From Malacoraja senta (Eukaryota): DNA of 64,000 nucleotides. Below are positions 21,101-32,500 of this stretch, piece by piece (within the stretch, counting starts at the first letter, position 1; the number at the start of each line of letters is the position of its first letter). The stretch covers positions 62,001-126,000 of the forward strand of contig JAXLNO010000645.1 of assembly GCA_038087875.1 (NCBI GenBank), written 5' to 3'. The notes beneath the pieces are model-generated. The model searched no databases. It was not told where the DNA came from and saw only the letters and a list, made by a program, of their open reading frames with translations. A program made the translations under genes and the position numbers.

Positions 21101-21249
21101 TCACACAGAGAGTGGTGAATCTCTGGAACTCTCTGCCACAGAGGGTAGTTGACGCCAGTTCATTGGCTATATTTAAGAGGGAGTTAGATGTGGCCCTTGT
21201 GGCTAAAGGGATCAGGGGGTATGGAGAGAAGGCAGGTACGGGATACTGA
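17950..21249 (+). CDS. CR1 ORF2p (APE endonuclease + reverse transcriptase); true start uncertain, first ATG at 18313
   Basis: NARSI, ITETWL, GDFN, SDH, NYRPVSLTS, GVPQGSVLGP, KFADD; uninterrupted frame. Confidence 0.95.
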   Translation: MEDKCVAEGLVQKAGIQISGSLGPLLWKVRPVQKGWVALEPEGDRYPGGEICKGYWGDFKLEWLGGGTQIENAIGQCVRQEAEKESTQTQHVGGKEENNNKQRINGGGVLKWVSRETEGCKMRAEAIGSKVKSKSGRQTNPGQNSKRATFQHNGIRGKSVVKTSLKALCLNARSIRNKVDELNVQIAINDYDIVGITETWLQGDQGWELNIQGYTIFRRDREKGKGGGVALLVREEINAVERKDISLEDVESVWVELRNTKGQKTLVGVVYRPPSSSSEVGDGIKQEIRNACNKGKTVIMGDFNLHIDWVNQIGRGAEEEDFLECMRDSYLNQHVEEPTREQAILDWVLSNEEGSVSRLVVRAPLGKSDHNMVEFFIRMESDIVNSETTVLNLKKGNFEDMRRELAKIDWQLVLKGLTVDMQWKAFKDCMDELQKMFIPVWQKNKSGKVVHPWITREIRDSINAKDVAYKLARKSSIPEDWEKFRDQQRRTKGLIRKGKIDYERKLAGNIKTDCKFFYRYVKRKRLVKTNVGPLQSETGELIMGNKDMADQLNNYFGSVFTKEDINNLPEIAGGRGSKEMEDLSEIQVSREVVLGKLNGLKADKSPGPDRLHPRVLKEVAPEIVDALVILFQNSLDSGVVPEDWRVANVNPLFKKGGREKTGNYRPVSLTSVVGKLLESVIKDGIAAHLESGEIIGQSQHGFTKGKSCLTNLIEFFEDVTSRVDRGEPVDVLCLDFQKAFDKVPHKRLGYKLKSHGIGGSVLMWIENWLANRKQRVGVNGSFSQWQAVTSGVPQGSVLGPQLFTIYINDLDEGIESNISKFADDTKLGGSVSCEEDARRLQGDLDRLGEWANVWQMQYNVDKCEVIHFGGKNGKADYYLNGGRLGNGEVQRDLGVMVHQSLKVGMQVQQAVKKANGMLAFIARGFEYRSREVLLQLYRVLVRPHLVYCVQFWSPNLRKDIIAIEGVQRRFTRLIPGMSGLSYEERLDRLGLYSLEFRRLRGDLIETYKILMGLDRLDAGRLFPMLGKSRTRGHSLRIRGKSFKTEMRKKFFTQRVVNLWNSLPQRVVDASSLAIFKRELDVALVAKGIRGYGEKAGTGY

Positions 21250-21409
21250 GTTGGATGATCAGCCATGATCATATTGAATGGCGGTGCAGGCTCGAAGGGC
21301 CAAATGGCCTACTCCTGCACCTATTTTCTATGTATCTATGTATCTATGTGTAAGCCGCCCAAGCGAAATACGAGGTGTTATTCTTCCAATTCAGTTGTTT
21401 ATAACTATG

Positions 21410-21577
21410 AAACACCAGTATGTAGCTAGCTATCCAGTCTGTAGCCATATAGCTAGCTACCTAGTCAACCAGTTGGTAGCTCAGCCTCGGTAGCTACCTA
21501 GCTGTTCAGATTGTATTGCAGGTGCTCTCCCCTAAATCTACCCTAAATTTACGGATGCCCTCCCTACTGCACCATTT
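21410..21577. repeat. TAGC-rich minisatellite plus start of a C-rich unit (L1 target)
   Basis: TAGCTAGCTA(T/C)C repeats; 21520-21577 matches 27448-27505. Confidence 0.75.
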
Positions 21578-24500
21578 TTTTAATTTTTATTTTTTTTATT
21601 TTTTATTTATTAGAAGTACATTACATTACAACCACATACATTAATACTCGTCATTTGTATCTTCTTACAATTAATGTACTCCCTTTATTTTTTATTTTTT
21701 ACACTAGAAAAAGAAAAGATTGAAAGAAGAAAGTGAAGGAAAAAGTGAAAGTGTAGAAAAGTGTAGAAAATGTAACAACAGAAAAGGACGAAGACCCTTT
21801 AAGAGCGAAATTAAAAACTAAAAAAAAAAGAGTTAAGAGATAGGCCCTAGGAAAAAAAAGAGAAAGAGAGGAAAAAAAGATTTTTTTTTGAGTATTACGT
21901 AAATAGGACATACCAACTCTTCAACTATCATCCCCCCTTACCTGACCTCAATTTTTTTTTATTTTTTAAAGTACTTTTGCACCCTATGTTTGTAATAATT
22001 CTATAAATGCAGACCACGTCAGGTGGAAGTGATCTGGTTTACCTGCTAGGAGGAGTCTTATCTCTTCAAGGTGTAATGTTTCAAACATATTTGAAATCCA
22101 CATATTTATAGTTGGTATTGGAGCCTTCTTCCAAAATTTTAGAATTAGCTTTTTTCCAGTTATTAACCCATAGTCCATTAATTTCTTTTGAAACACATTT
22201 GGTTCTGGATCATCTTCCGTTATTCCGAAGATAATCCATTCTGCTTTGGGTATCAGTCTTGTTTTAAATAACTTTGTAAAGATTTCAAAAATTTCATTCC
22301 AAAATTTTTGAATTTTTGTACAGAAGACGAATGAGTGCGCTATAGTAGCTTCTTGGGATTGACATTTATCACAAATAGATGATACGTTTGGGAAAATTTT
22401 ATGAATTTTAGTTTTCGAATAATATAATCTATGTAAAATTTTAAATTGTATTAAAGTGTGTCTTACATTAATCGAGCATTTATGCACGTTTAATAAGTAT
22501 TCATTCCAACTTTCCTTTGAAATTTTAATAGCTAACTCTTGTTCCCAGTCTCTTCTGATACCCTCCGTAGGTGGTATTTGTACATTAAAAATAATATTAT
22601 ACAAATATGATATTAAGTTTGCTGATTCCGCTTTTATCTGCATTGCCTCGTCCAATACATCTACTGGGTTATTATAATGATCTTTTGTATATTTTTTCAA
22701 ATAGTCGCATATTTGAAAATATTTAAAATATTGATTATTTCCGAGTTTATATTTTATTTGTAATTGTTGAAATGAAAGTAATTTTCCAGTTTCATACAAG
22801 TCACCAAGCGTATTAATTCCTAGTCTATCCCATTGTGTATAAGCTTTATCTATAATAGAAGGACTAAACGAAGGGTTATTGACTATAGGTAATAAAAGTG
22901 ATAAATTTCTTAATTTTAAATTTTGTTTTATTTGTTTCCAAATACGGATTGTACTATGAATAATTGGGTTCTTATTATAATTTATGTTATTCAGTTTCAT
23001 TGGAGATAGGAGGATCGCTCCAATGTTTCTAGAGGAGCAATCCTCTTTCTCCATTACAATCCAATCTACTTGCTGGGCGGAGTTATCCATCAGTTGAATC
23101 ATGTTTTTAATATTTACTGACCAATAATAATACATAAAATTAGGTAGTGCTAAACCCCCTAATACTTTAGGTTTATTCAGATGAGTTTTTTTGTATTCTA
23201 TGTGATTTATAGTCCCATATAAAATTAGTGATATCTGAGTCGAGTTTTTTAAAAAACTTCTTAGGTAAGTATATAGGAATTGATTGAAATAGGTATAAAA
23301 TTTGTGGTAAAAAGATCATTTTTATTGCGTTTATTCGGCCTATTAAAGACATCGAGAGCGTTTTGCAGAATTTAATTAGTGTATTTTATTTATTAAGTAG
23401 GGGGTCAAAATTTACCCTGAACATACCTTGATATGTTCTGGTAATTTCGATTCCCAAATATTTAAATTTTTCTGTAGCTATTTTAAAAGGGAATTTTAAA
23501 AGATGTGTTGAATCTTTCGGTTTTATTTACATAATTTCACTTTTATTCCAATTTATTCTATATCCAGAAAAAGATCCAAAGTCTTCAATTAAATTTAATA
23601 TATTTGGTATAGTGATTTGAGGTTTTGTTATATACAGTAATATATCATCCGCGTATAAAGATATTTTATTATATGAGTCTTTAGTATTATATCCATGAAT
23701 ATCAGGGTGTATTCTAATTTTTTCTGCTAGCGGTTCAATAATGAGAGCAAACAGCTGTGGTGATAATGAGCATCCTTGTCTATTTCCCCTTGATAGTTGA
23801 AATTTCGAGGATAATATGTTATTAGTTAGTATTCTAGCTGTAGGTTTATTATATAGTAACTTAATCCATAAAATAAAATTCTCTCCCAGTTGAAATTTTT
23901 GTAATACTTTATCCATATAATTCCATTCTACTTGATCAAATGCTTTTTCAGCATCCAGCGAAATAATTGATAATTCTTGATCTTCAGATTTGTGTGAGTG
24001 CATTATGTTGAGTAGACGTCTCATATTATTAGAAGAGTATCTCTTAGGGATAAACCCTGTCTGATCTGGGTTTATTAATTTACTAATGTATTTACTTAAT
24101 CTTCTAGCTAATGTTTTCGCTAATATTTTTTGATCTGTGTTTAACAATGCTATAGCTCTATATGAACCAGGTTCTTCTAAATCTTTATTTTTCTTAGGTA
24201 TTAATGTAATCGTTGATTCCGCTAATGTATCAGGTAGTATTCGTTTTTTAAAAGCGTATTGGTACATTTTTTGTAATCTTGGTATTAGTTTATCATAAAA
24301 GCTTTTATAAAATTCATTAGTAAAACCATCAGGGCCTGGTGTTTTTCCATTCTTTGATGAGTTTATTGTATCTTCTAATTCCTTAATTGAGATTTGTGCA
24401 CCCAGTTCCTCTTGTTCCTTCAGCTCTAACTTTGGAAGATTACAGGTATCCAAGAACTTTGTGATATTATCGGAATCAATTATCGTTTTAGATGTATACA

Positions 24501-26801
24501 AATTCTCGTAAAATTGCGCAAACCTTTTATTAATATCCTTCGGTGTTGTTAATAATTCCCCTTTATCTGATTTGATCTTTGGTATAGTATGTTCCTTTTC
24601 TCGTTTTTTTAGCTGGCGAGCCAAAAGTTTATGCGGTTTATCCCCAAATTCAAAGTGCTCTTGTTTTGTAATTTGAAAAAGTCTTATAAGTTTGGCAGAT
24701 AATAATTTATTTAATTTAAATTTTAAAATTATTATTTTATTATGTTTATCTATTGGTGGATCTTTAGCATTATCTATATCCATTTGTCTAATAAGTTCTT
24801 CTAACTGTCTTTGTTCATTCTTATTCTTTTTATTTTGAAAAGCTTGATATGAAATTATAATACCCCTAATGTATGCTTTAAAAGATTCCCAAAATAAAGT
24901 AGGCGATATATCTGAAGTATCATTTGTTTGAAAAAAGACCTCCATTTGTTCTTTTAAATATATACTCGCTTGTGGATCTTTTAAAATTTGAGAATTAAAT
25001 CTCCAGAACGATTTATTCTTAGACAATCCTTCCAGTTTTAAAAAGAAAGTTAGTGGGGAATGGTCTGAAATTGAATTTGTATGGTATATTGCATTAGATG
25101 TTTGGGGGATTAATTTTGTATCCAGCAGAAAGTAGTCTATACGTGAGTATGTCTTATGTACCATTGAGTAAAACGAATATTCCCTGCCAGTTGGATTAAC
25201 AATTCTCCAAACATCTGCTATATTAGTGTTATTTATATAGGTATTGAGGAGTTCCCCAGTTTTCGATTTCATATTCCCTCTCTGTTTTTGACTTGATTTA
25301 TCTAAGTACGGTACTAAAACACAGTTAAAGTCTCCTCCTATTATAACATTTTGATAGTTTGACTGCAATTATGTTGAAAATTTTATTGAAAAAGTGGGGG
25401 TTATCAAAGTTAGGGGCATATATATTTACCAAAGTAAGTGGAGTGTCATGGATTTCTCCATTAACTATTAGGTATCTCCCTTCTATATCTGTTATAATAT
25501 TCTTTGCTTTAAATGGTATACCTTTTCTTATGATGATTGACGTGCCTCTAGATTTTGAAGTAAATGAAGAATGGTATGTTTGACCTATCCATTTCGCCCT
25601 CAGTCTAACTTGATCCTGAGGTTTTAGGTGTGTTTCTTGTAGGAAGGTAATGTCAGAGTTGTACAGTTTCAGCTGAGCTAATATCTTACCCCTTTTAATA
25701 GGTTCGTTAATACCTCTTATATTCCAACTACAAAATGAGATTCCTCCTAGGTTCTTTTGTGTGGTGTCATGAATTTTGAATAATTATAGTACCTTTGAAT
25801 CTTGTGGTGCGTCCATATCCCAGGTCTTTAGGTATTGGGGGAGTTTTTGAATTATTAAATTTTGCTGGTATGTCGATTTTAAGCTTATCACTAAACACAA
25901 AACACAAACAAGTGATTTTATGTGGAAAAAAAAAAAAAAAGTGAGGCTACAGTGTCTAATATAGTCGGCACTGTAGCGAGTGTCCCACCTGTAGGTGGGA
26001 AAAAAACCTTGTTTTGACTTCCATTGCGTTGTTACACAAATAGCTCCGCTCTCTTAGTTAATCATAACATATTAAAATATTAAAACGAGGCCTCACATTC
26101 AGATATATAATACAATTTTACCCTGATATTTCCTTATAACATATATATATATCGGAGTTTAATTATTAAACCAATATTTTTGACTTCAATAAGAATCAAC
26201 TGTTGGTTGAAGGGGTTAACGAGACGTGCCCCTGGACATAAGCCAGGTGCTCGTTTCTCATCCCCTCCTCCCACTTATAGATAAGGTTACAATTTATTAA
26301 AAATTCATATTAGTATGTTAGTTCATTATTTTTTCTTTTTGTTTTTGTTAGTATTCTAATCTAACCTACATAACTTGTTAAGTTGTTAATAGGATAAGTT
26401 CTTACAATTGGTTATAATATTTTAATCAATAAGCAATTATTTTCTGGTTTATATTCCAACTGTTCAGTTGTTTACACGTTTTGAACAGAAAATGTCCTTG
26501 ATTCAACATTCCAAAGATAACAGTGTAACTATCCCCAGACAAAGCATTGCTTAGAATGGTACAAATCTGCCAAAACTCCCTTTCATTTCTGTTTTTCCAC
26601 GATAGTTTGGGCATATTTGAATGCGTCTTCAGGCTTAACAAATGACTTTTCAAGACCATTAAAGGAAATACGCATTTTCGCGGGGTAAAAACCCCCCAAA
26701 TCTGATCCCTTCTCTCCCTCTTAAAAGATCTTTAACCTTATCAAATTTGTTTCTTTTTTGCACAATTTCATACGGGTAGTCCCTGAATATCTTAATAGTG
26801 T
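21578..26801 (-). mobile_element. L1-clade LINE, 5'-truncated within ORF1, ORF2 frameshifted
   Basis: A-rich tail at 21578-21612; TSD CCATTT at 21572-21577 and 26802-26807; ORF1 C-terminus IFRDYP..KR..F..VK..FYPAKMRI (~26585-26800). Confidence 0.93.
21984..25790 (-). pseudogene. L1 ORF2 (APE endonuclease, RT, C-terminal zinc knuckle), frameshifted
   Basis: SWNIRGIN, LQETH, GGDFN, SRIDYF, SDHSP, LDAEKAFD, RQGCSLSP, YADD, CDKC..H..VFC; split across 21984-23135, 23527-25368 and further pieces. Confidence 0.92.
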
Positions 26802-26807
26802 CCATTT

Positions 26808-27690
26808 AAAGGTGCCCTCCTCTAATTCACCATTTACAGATGCCCTCCTAATTTACCATTTAAAGGTGCCCTTCCCTAAATCCCCCTCCCATTTACATGC
26901 GCTATCTTAAATCCACATTTAGAGGTGCCCTTCCCTAAACCCCCCTGTTGCTAGGCACCCTCCCCTATATGTAGCCATCTAGCTACCTAGTTTTGCAGTA
27001 TGTAGCCTCAGTCTAGCTAGCTAGCTACCTAGCTATCCAGTACGGTGCTCAGTCTAGCTATCTATCTAGCTATCCAAGTATGAAGCTCAGTCTAGCTATC
27101 TATCTAGCTATCCAGGTATGTAGCTTAAACTAGTTAGCTACCTAGCTATCCAGTATGTAGCTCAGTTTTGCTATCTACCTAGCCATCCAGTATGTAGCCA
27201 TTTAGCTAGCTACCAAGTTATACAGGATGTAGCCATCTAGCTGGCTCAATTGTGATCATGTTTTGTCTTTTTGCTAACTGGTTAGCTCGCGACTAAAGCT
27301 TTTCATTGTACCTCGGTACACGTGAGAATAAATTAATGAGGGGGAAATAATTATATGAGATTGTTACGTGGATTGGTGTAACAACACACCAGTTGTTGTT
27401 GTAAAGCTTAAGTTGTTGTTGTTGCTCATATTGTATTGCTCCTTTACAGGTGCTCTCCCCTAAATCTACCCTCAATTTACAGATACCTTCCCTACTGCAC
27501 CATTTAAAGGTGCCCTCCCCTAATTCAACATTTACAGATGCCCTCCTAATTCACAGTTTAAAGGTGCCCTCCCCTAAATCCCCCTCCCATATACATGCCC
27601 TCCCCTAAATCAAAATTTACAGTTGCCCGTCCCTAACCCCCCCCCCCTATTTCTGGGCACCCTCCCCTATATGTAGCCATCTAGCTAATA
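26808..27690. repeat. Low-complexity C-rich (GGTGCCCTCCCCTAAAT) and TAGC-rich minisatellite blocks, locally duplicated
   Basis: 26802-26985 resembles 27500-27686; (TAGCTA..TAGCTATCCAGTATG) repeats at 26970-27245; a short LINE-tail relic at ~27250-27335. Confidence 0.75.
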
Positions 27691-27847
27691 TTATGCACCC
27701 TGTAATATTACTTCGGAGTCACGTGGGTGTTGGGTGGAGCAGAGCTACTCCAAGCAGTGCAAAAAGCCTGAAGGTAAGTGGTTTCACTTTTGCTTTTAGG
27801 TCGCTTTCTTCCGGAAGACTTTGTGCTGTGTGCCAGACAAGTCTAAT

Positions 27848-29224
27848 ATGGAGAAAGTGCGAAAAGGCAAACCTCAGGTAAACCTCAAGAGGACCGCGTC
27901 TGAGAGTAGCGGGCGCCCGATTAAAGAGGCAGTGGCAGAAAAGTCAGCGACTGCAGAAACGGCAACTAAAAGTACCGTTGCAGCACCATTGGGGTGCAAG
28001 GCCAAAAGAAAGACTGATCGGCCAGTAGACTCGGAAGAGTCAGACCCGGAGGTTACCCCACCTCAGGAAGCCATTATGTCTACTCGGGTCGCTAAACTGG
28101 AATTCCTCATGGGGAAATGATTTATCAGGACCCACTCCAGGAAGAGTACAGTCTGGCTTTGGCCTACATGAGAGCCAGCGAAGGGAGTGCCTCGAAAAGG
28201 TGGGGTTCAGCGTTGGCCTCCAGGAGAGCCAGCGGCAGTAATGTGTCATGAAAGACAATATATGAGTTGGCCTACAGGAGAGCCAGCACCAGCAGTGTCT
28301 GAGGAAAGAAAATTCATGCGTTGGCCTACAGGAGAGCCAGCGCCAGCAGCACCTAATAAAGGGCTGCCAATACGTGGGCCTACGGGAGAGCCCGCGAGGG
28401 GAGCACCTGCAAAAGGGTTTACAATGCGTAGGCCTACGGGAGAGCCCGCGCTAGAAACACCTGAAGCAGGGATACCAGATCAGCCCCACTATCAGGAGGA
28501 ATTTCCAGGCCAGCAAGATTCGGATGATGAATCATACGAGGACCAAAGCCCAGTAACAGAACCCAGAATACCAGGTCTGGCGCAAAAATTCTCCGTTCCC
28601 AGACTGAAAGGGGAACCTTTGGCAGAGGATATAGCAATGACAATAAATTACTTGCTCTCCCATCAGCTGGAGGAACTGACTATGGACGAGACTGTAAAAA
28701 AATATGAAACCCCGCAGAATTGCGCACTGCTAGCAGTCCCAGCAGTAAATAATGTAATATGGGGCTATTTGGGCATTGCAGTACGCGCACAAGAAATGAA
28801 ATTAGAGAGGGTGTTGAAGTTGCTGGGGTCAGGTATTACGGCTTTTGCCAGAGGCTTGCATGAGGAGCACGTGTCTGTGTCACAACAGGATGCCTTAGCA
28901 CTCATGTGTAATGCGCACTTTGAAATAAACTGTATTCGTAAAAGTGCTATAAGGCCTAACATACATCCTAAGTTTGCGGGGCTCTGTAAACCAACTAATA
29001 TTCAATTGCCTAATCTGATTTTTGGAGAGAATCTAGCCAAAACGATTAAAGACCTGAATGAAGAAGCAAAAACCGTGGGAATGATAAAACCACCGGTGCT
29101 TGGCAGATCTGTTCGAAGGCAATTTCCCTACCGAAGGGCGGTGACTGGGGCCGCTGAAGGAACAAGTCGGTCGTTCCCATATACGCGTTATTGGCGCACG
29201 TGGAGGTTACAGTGTTCCCACTAA
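27848..29224 (+). pseudogene. DIRS gag, disrupted
   Basis: MEKVRKG start homologous to 2004; 18-aa WPTGEPA repeats; a stop at 28118 breaks the frame. Confidence 0.85.
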
Positions 29225-29235
29225 GAGCAGTGGAC

Positions 29236-31155
29236 ATCATTTGACACCAGCAAACCCTGAGGTAGGTGGGTCTGGTCCTGGAAGAAACATATTAGGTGTT
29301 TCACATTCGCAAATTGGGGGAAGGTTACAATTCTTCCTAAAAGAATGGCAAAAAATAACATCTGATGCGTTTATACTGTGCAGTATTATGGGGTTCAGAA
29401 TTGAATTCTACCTATATTTGGATCCTCCTACTCAACATGTTTCAAGTCGGACACGTATTTTCTCAAAAGAAGAGAATATGGACATTCAAGCGGAACTTGA
29501 AATATTGTGTGGGAAAGGGGTCATTGAAAAGTCAGTTCACCAACAGCACCAATTTGTGTCAAGCATTTTTCCTAGAGCAAAAAAGGATGGTGGCTGTAGA
29601 ATTATTTTCGATCTGACAAGTCTTAACCCTTTTGTACAGTATAAACATTATAACATGGAAACATTTGCCAATGTTATATAGCTAATTTCAAGAAAATACT
29701 TTATGGCTAGCATAGATCTGCAAGATGCATATTACTCTGTGGCTGTGCATGGTAATGATCGAAGATACTTAAAGTTTAACTGAATGAGCCAATTATGGCA
29801 GTTTAAAGCATTGCCTAATGGGTTAACCTCAGTCGCTAGACTATTTACGAAATTGTTAAAACCAATCTTAGCTTTGCTAAGAGCTCAGGGCCATTTGGTA
29901 AAGGCTTATTTGGATGATATTTTAATTGTGGGTAACACTCGGGCTAGAACAGAATCATCGGTGTAAATAGTCAAGCTCACATTTGAGAGGCTGGGGTTTG
30001 TGATACATCCAGATAAATCCAAATTGTCACCAAGCACAGTAATTGATTACTTGGGGTTCACTATTAAATCAGAACACATGATAGTGACTTTGCCCAAGGA
30101 TAAAATGCTGCAATTAATTGAGGGTTGTATCAAGCTCATTACACAGCATCAACCATCAACTAGGCAAGTGGCAAGCTTGCTTGGCAAACGAATTGCTTCA
30201 TTTCCAGTTGTTCAGTTTGGTCCACTGCAGCGAGCAAAGGTACAAGCGTTGAGGAGACATTTAGGGCATTTTGATAGACCCATGCAATTACCAGTAACAG
30301 CTATTACTGAAATACAATGGTGGATCAGGAGTGTCTCATATGCTTCCAGGGAAATTCTGGTTGAAACACCTGCTATTATTCTGCAGACTGAGGAGCTACT
30401 GATACTATTTCCAGCTGTGGAGGCAGATGGAATGTGGAAGAAGTACCATGTGTTCCAAGCACATGGGATGAATTACCTAGAACTGTTAGGTACATTTTAT
30501 GGGCTTAAAGGTTATTGCTCTAATGTGCAAAACTTGCATGTACAGGTTCAGATTGACAACACTACGGCTGTAGCGTATGTTAATCACATGGGTGTAATCA
30601 AGTCAGAATCTTGTGATAGATTGGCAAACGTTATCTGGAACTGGTATATTAGCAGAAACATTTGGCTTTCGGCAATCTACCTACCAGGTAGATTCACCAT
30701 AATCGCAGACAGCAGGTCACGTAAATTCAATGACAATACGGAATGGATGTTTAATCGTGACAACTTTAATAAAATAGGTGCGCAATTTGGGATGCCAGAA
30801 ATTAACTTGTTTGCATCTAGACTTAACCACCAATTACCTAATATGTTTCATGGGAACCAGATCCTGTTGCAACAGCGGTGGATGCATTCTCGCTACATTG
30901 GGGTGGAATGTTTTTGTATGCATTTCCTCCATTTTGTCTCATTAGTAGGTGTCTACAAAAGATCAAGCAGGACTCTGCTTCAGGAGTGTTGGTGGTACCA
31001 GATTGACCTACACAACCATGGTACCCACTGGTGTTAAAAATGATCACAAAGCCTCTTATGGTTATTCCTAAACAAGAAACCCTACTTGTGCACCCTGTAA
31101 CTGGTCATTCGCATCCTTTGCATGATCATATTGGTTTGTTGATTTGCAGGTTCCA
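29236..31155 (+). pseudogene. DIRS RT / RNase H / methyltransferase-like ORF, disrupted
   Basis: IGGRLQFFLKEW, KKDGGCR, AYLDDILI, NYLELL, DNTTAVAY, INLFAS, YAFPPF-type motif. Confidence 0.92.
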
Positions 31156-32116
31156 AGGAGGCCATATCTCGGAAGAGGACTATCAGAGCGTACGGTGGAT
31201 GTTATTTCAGCAGCCTGGAGGAATAGTATCCAAAAGCAGTACATTTCTTACATAAGAAAATGGGAGGTGTTTTGCTTAAGGCAGAATATTTCATATCACA
31301 CTGCAAACATCCCAGATGTGTTAGAGTTTCTGTCAACTCTCTATTTTGATTTGAAATTAAGTTATAGTGCTATCAATACTGCAAGAATTGCCCTCTCTGC
31401 ATATCTATGGAGGGAGTCAGAACAATATCTTGTAGGATCACACCCTTTGGTCTGGAGGTTTATGAAGGGAATTTTCAATTCCAAGCCTCCTAGACCCAGG
31501 TATACAGAAATCTGGAATGTGAGGGATGTGCTGATGTTACTTCGTCAATGGACTCCAATTTCAGCTCTGTCTTTGGCCAAGGATACCATTATGCTCATGG
31601 CACTAGTTTCAGCACAGAGAGTGCGAACATTGCAGAAATTACGAATAGATCGGATGGTAGTGGCAGCAGATGCCGTTACATTCTATGTCTATGATTTGCT
31701 CAAATAGAGCAGACCTGGAGTCACGGGGTGTAAGTTGTTTTTTTCAGCATATCCTACCGACCCAAGACTATGTGTAGTGTCACATTTAAGATGTTACATT
31801 GAAGCCACCAGGAACTTAAGAGGTGAAGAATCAGCATTCTTTATCAGCCATAAAAAAACACATAAGAAAGTGTCAGTGCAGACTCTCAAGGTGGCTGAAG
31901 CAGGTGCTGGTTGATGCAGGGATTGATACTGACAAATTTAAATCTCATTCCCCCAGGGCGGCATCAACATCGGCGGCCAGGGATTTGGACGTCCCAATAG
32001 ACCATATCCTCGCGGCCGCAGGATGGGTTCACAAGTATTACCATAAAGAAATTGCAGAACCTGGGGTATTTGGTGGTGCTGTTTTGGATTCAGTGTTAAG
32101 TTCCCCTCTGGGATAA
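31144..32116 (+). pseudogene. DIRS tyrosine recombinase, disrupted
   Basis: N-terminal QY..Y..KW..FC and LSYSAIN.AR..LS; HPLV.RFMKGIFN..PP; SAQRV; HSPRAAS (HxxR); AGW..KYY. Confidence 0.9.
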
Positions 32117-32244
32117 AGGGGAAAAAATTTTGTTATGATAAATAAACCATTAACTGATTGCATCAATGTTATGGTTATATATTATTGATTGTTTTCACTC
32201 ATTCAGAGTCAATCAATGCAGTGAGACGCCTGGATTTGAATCTA

Positions 32245-32500
32245 CGGCATGAAATCACAGAGCTTTGAAATCTTCACGTAGTCAGTCACGTGACTCCGAA
32301 GTAAAATAGTGAGATTAAACGAGAATTTACCAGTTTGAAGTTTGATCTTTATTTTATGAGGAGTTACGATGACGGACTACGTGCCCGCCGCTCCCACCCT
32401 CGTAAAAATCAGAAGTTATGTTTTTCTCACTTATCTTACTATTATGCTTCGGTAATTATTATCTGTGATTTCACACCGCTGCTTTGAAGATTGACGCATT
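32245..32500 (+). repeat. DIRS 3' terminal region (internal complementary region and truncated right terminal repeat)
   Basis: 32271-32306 is the reverse complement of 1766-1801 (35/36). Hairpin AAAATAGTGAGATTAAAC...GTTTGATCTTTATTTT. GAAATCACAGA (32251) pairs with TCTGTGATTTC (32462). Confidence 0.85.

Larger units (their letters stand above)
16597..21348 (+). mobile_element. Full-length CR1 LINE (family A, copy 1)
   Basis: Repetitive 5'UTR, open ORF1 and ORF2, short 3'UTR, (TATCTATG)n tail; splits a Penelope relic. Confidence 0.96.
27706..32500 (+). mobile_element. DIRS1-type retrotransposon copy 2, near full length, degenerate
   Basis: Left end TTACTTCGGAGTCACGTG; gag, RT-RH-MT and YR remnants; 3' region complementary to the left terminus. 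Confidence 0.95.

Noticed and set aside
26870..27650. Telomeric repeat (CCCTAA-like words)
   Set aside because: Only isolated CCCTAA words within a longer unit; no tandem (TTAGGG)n.
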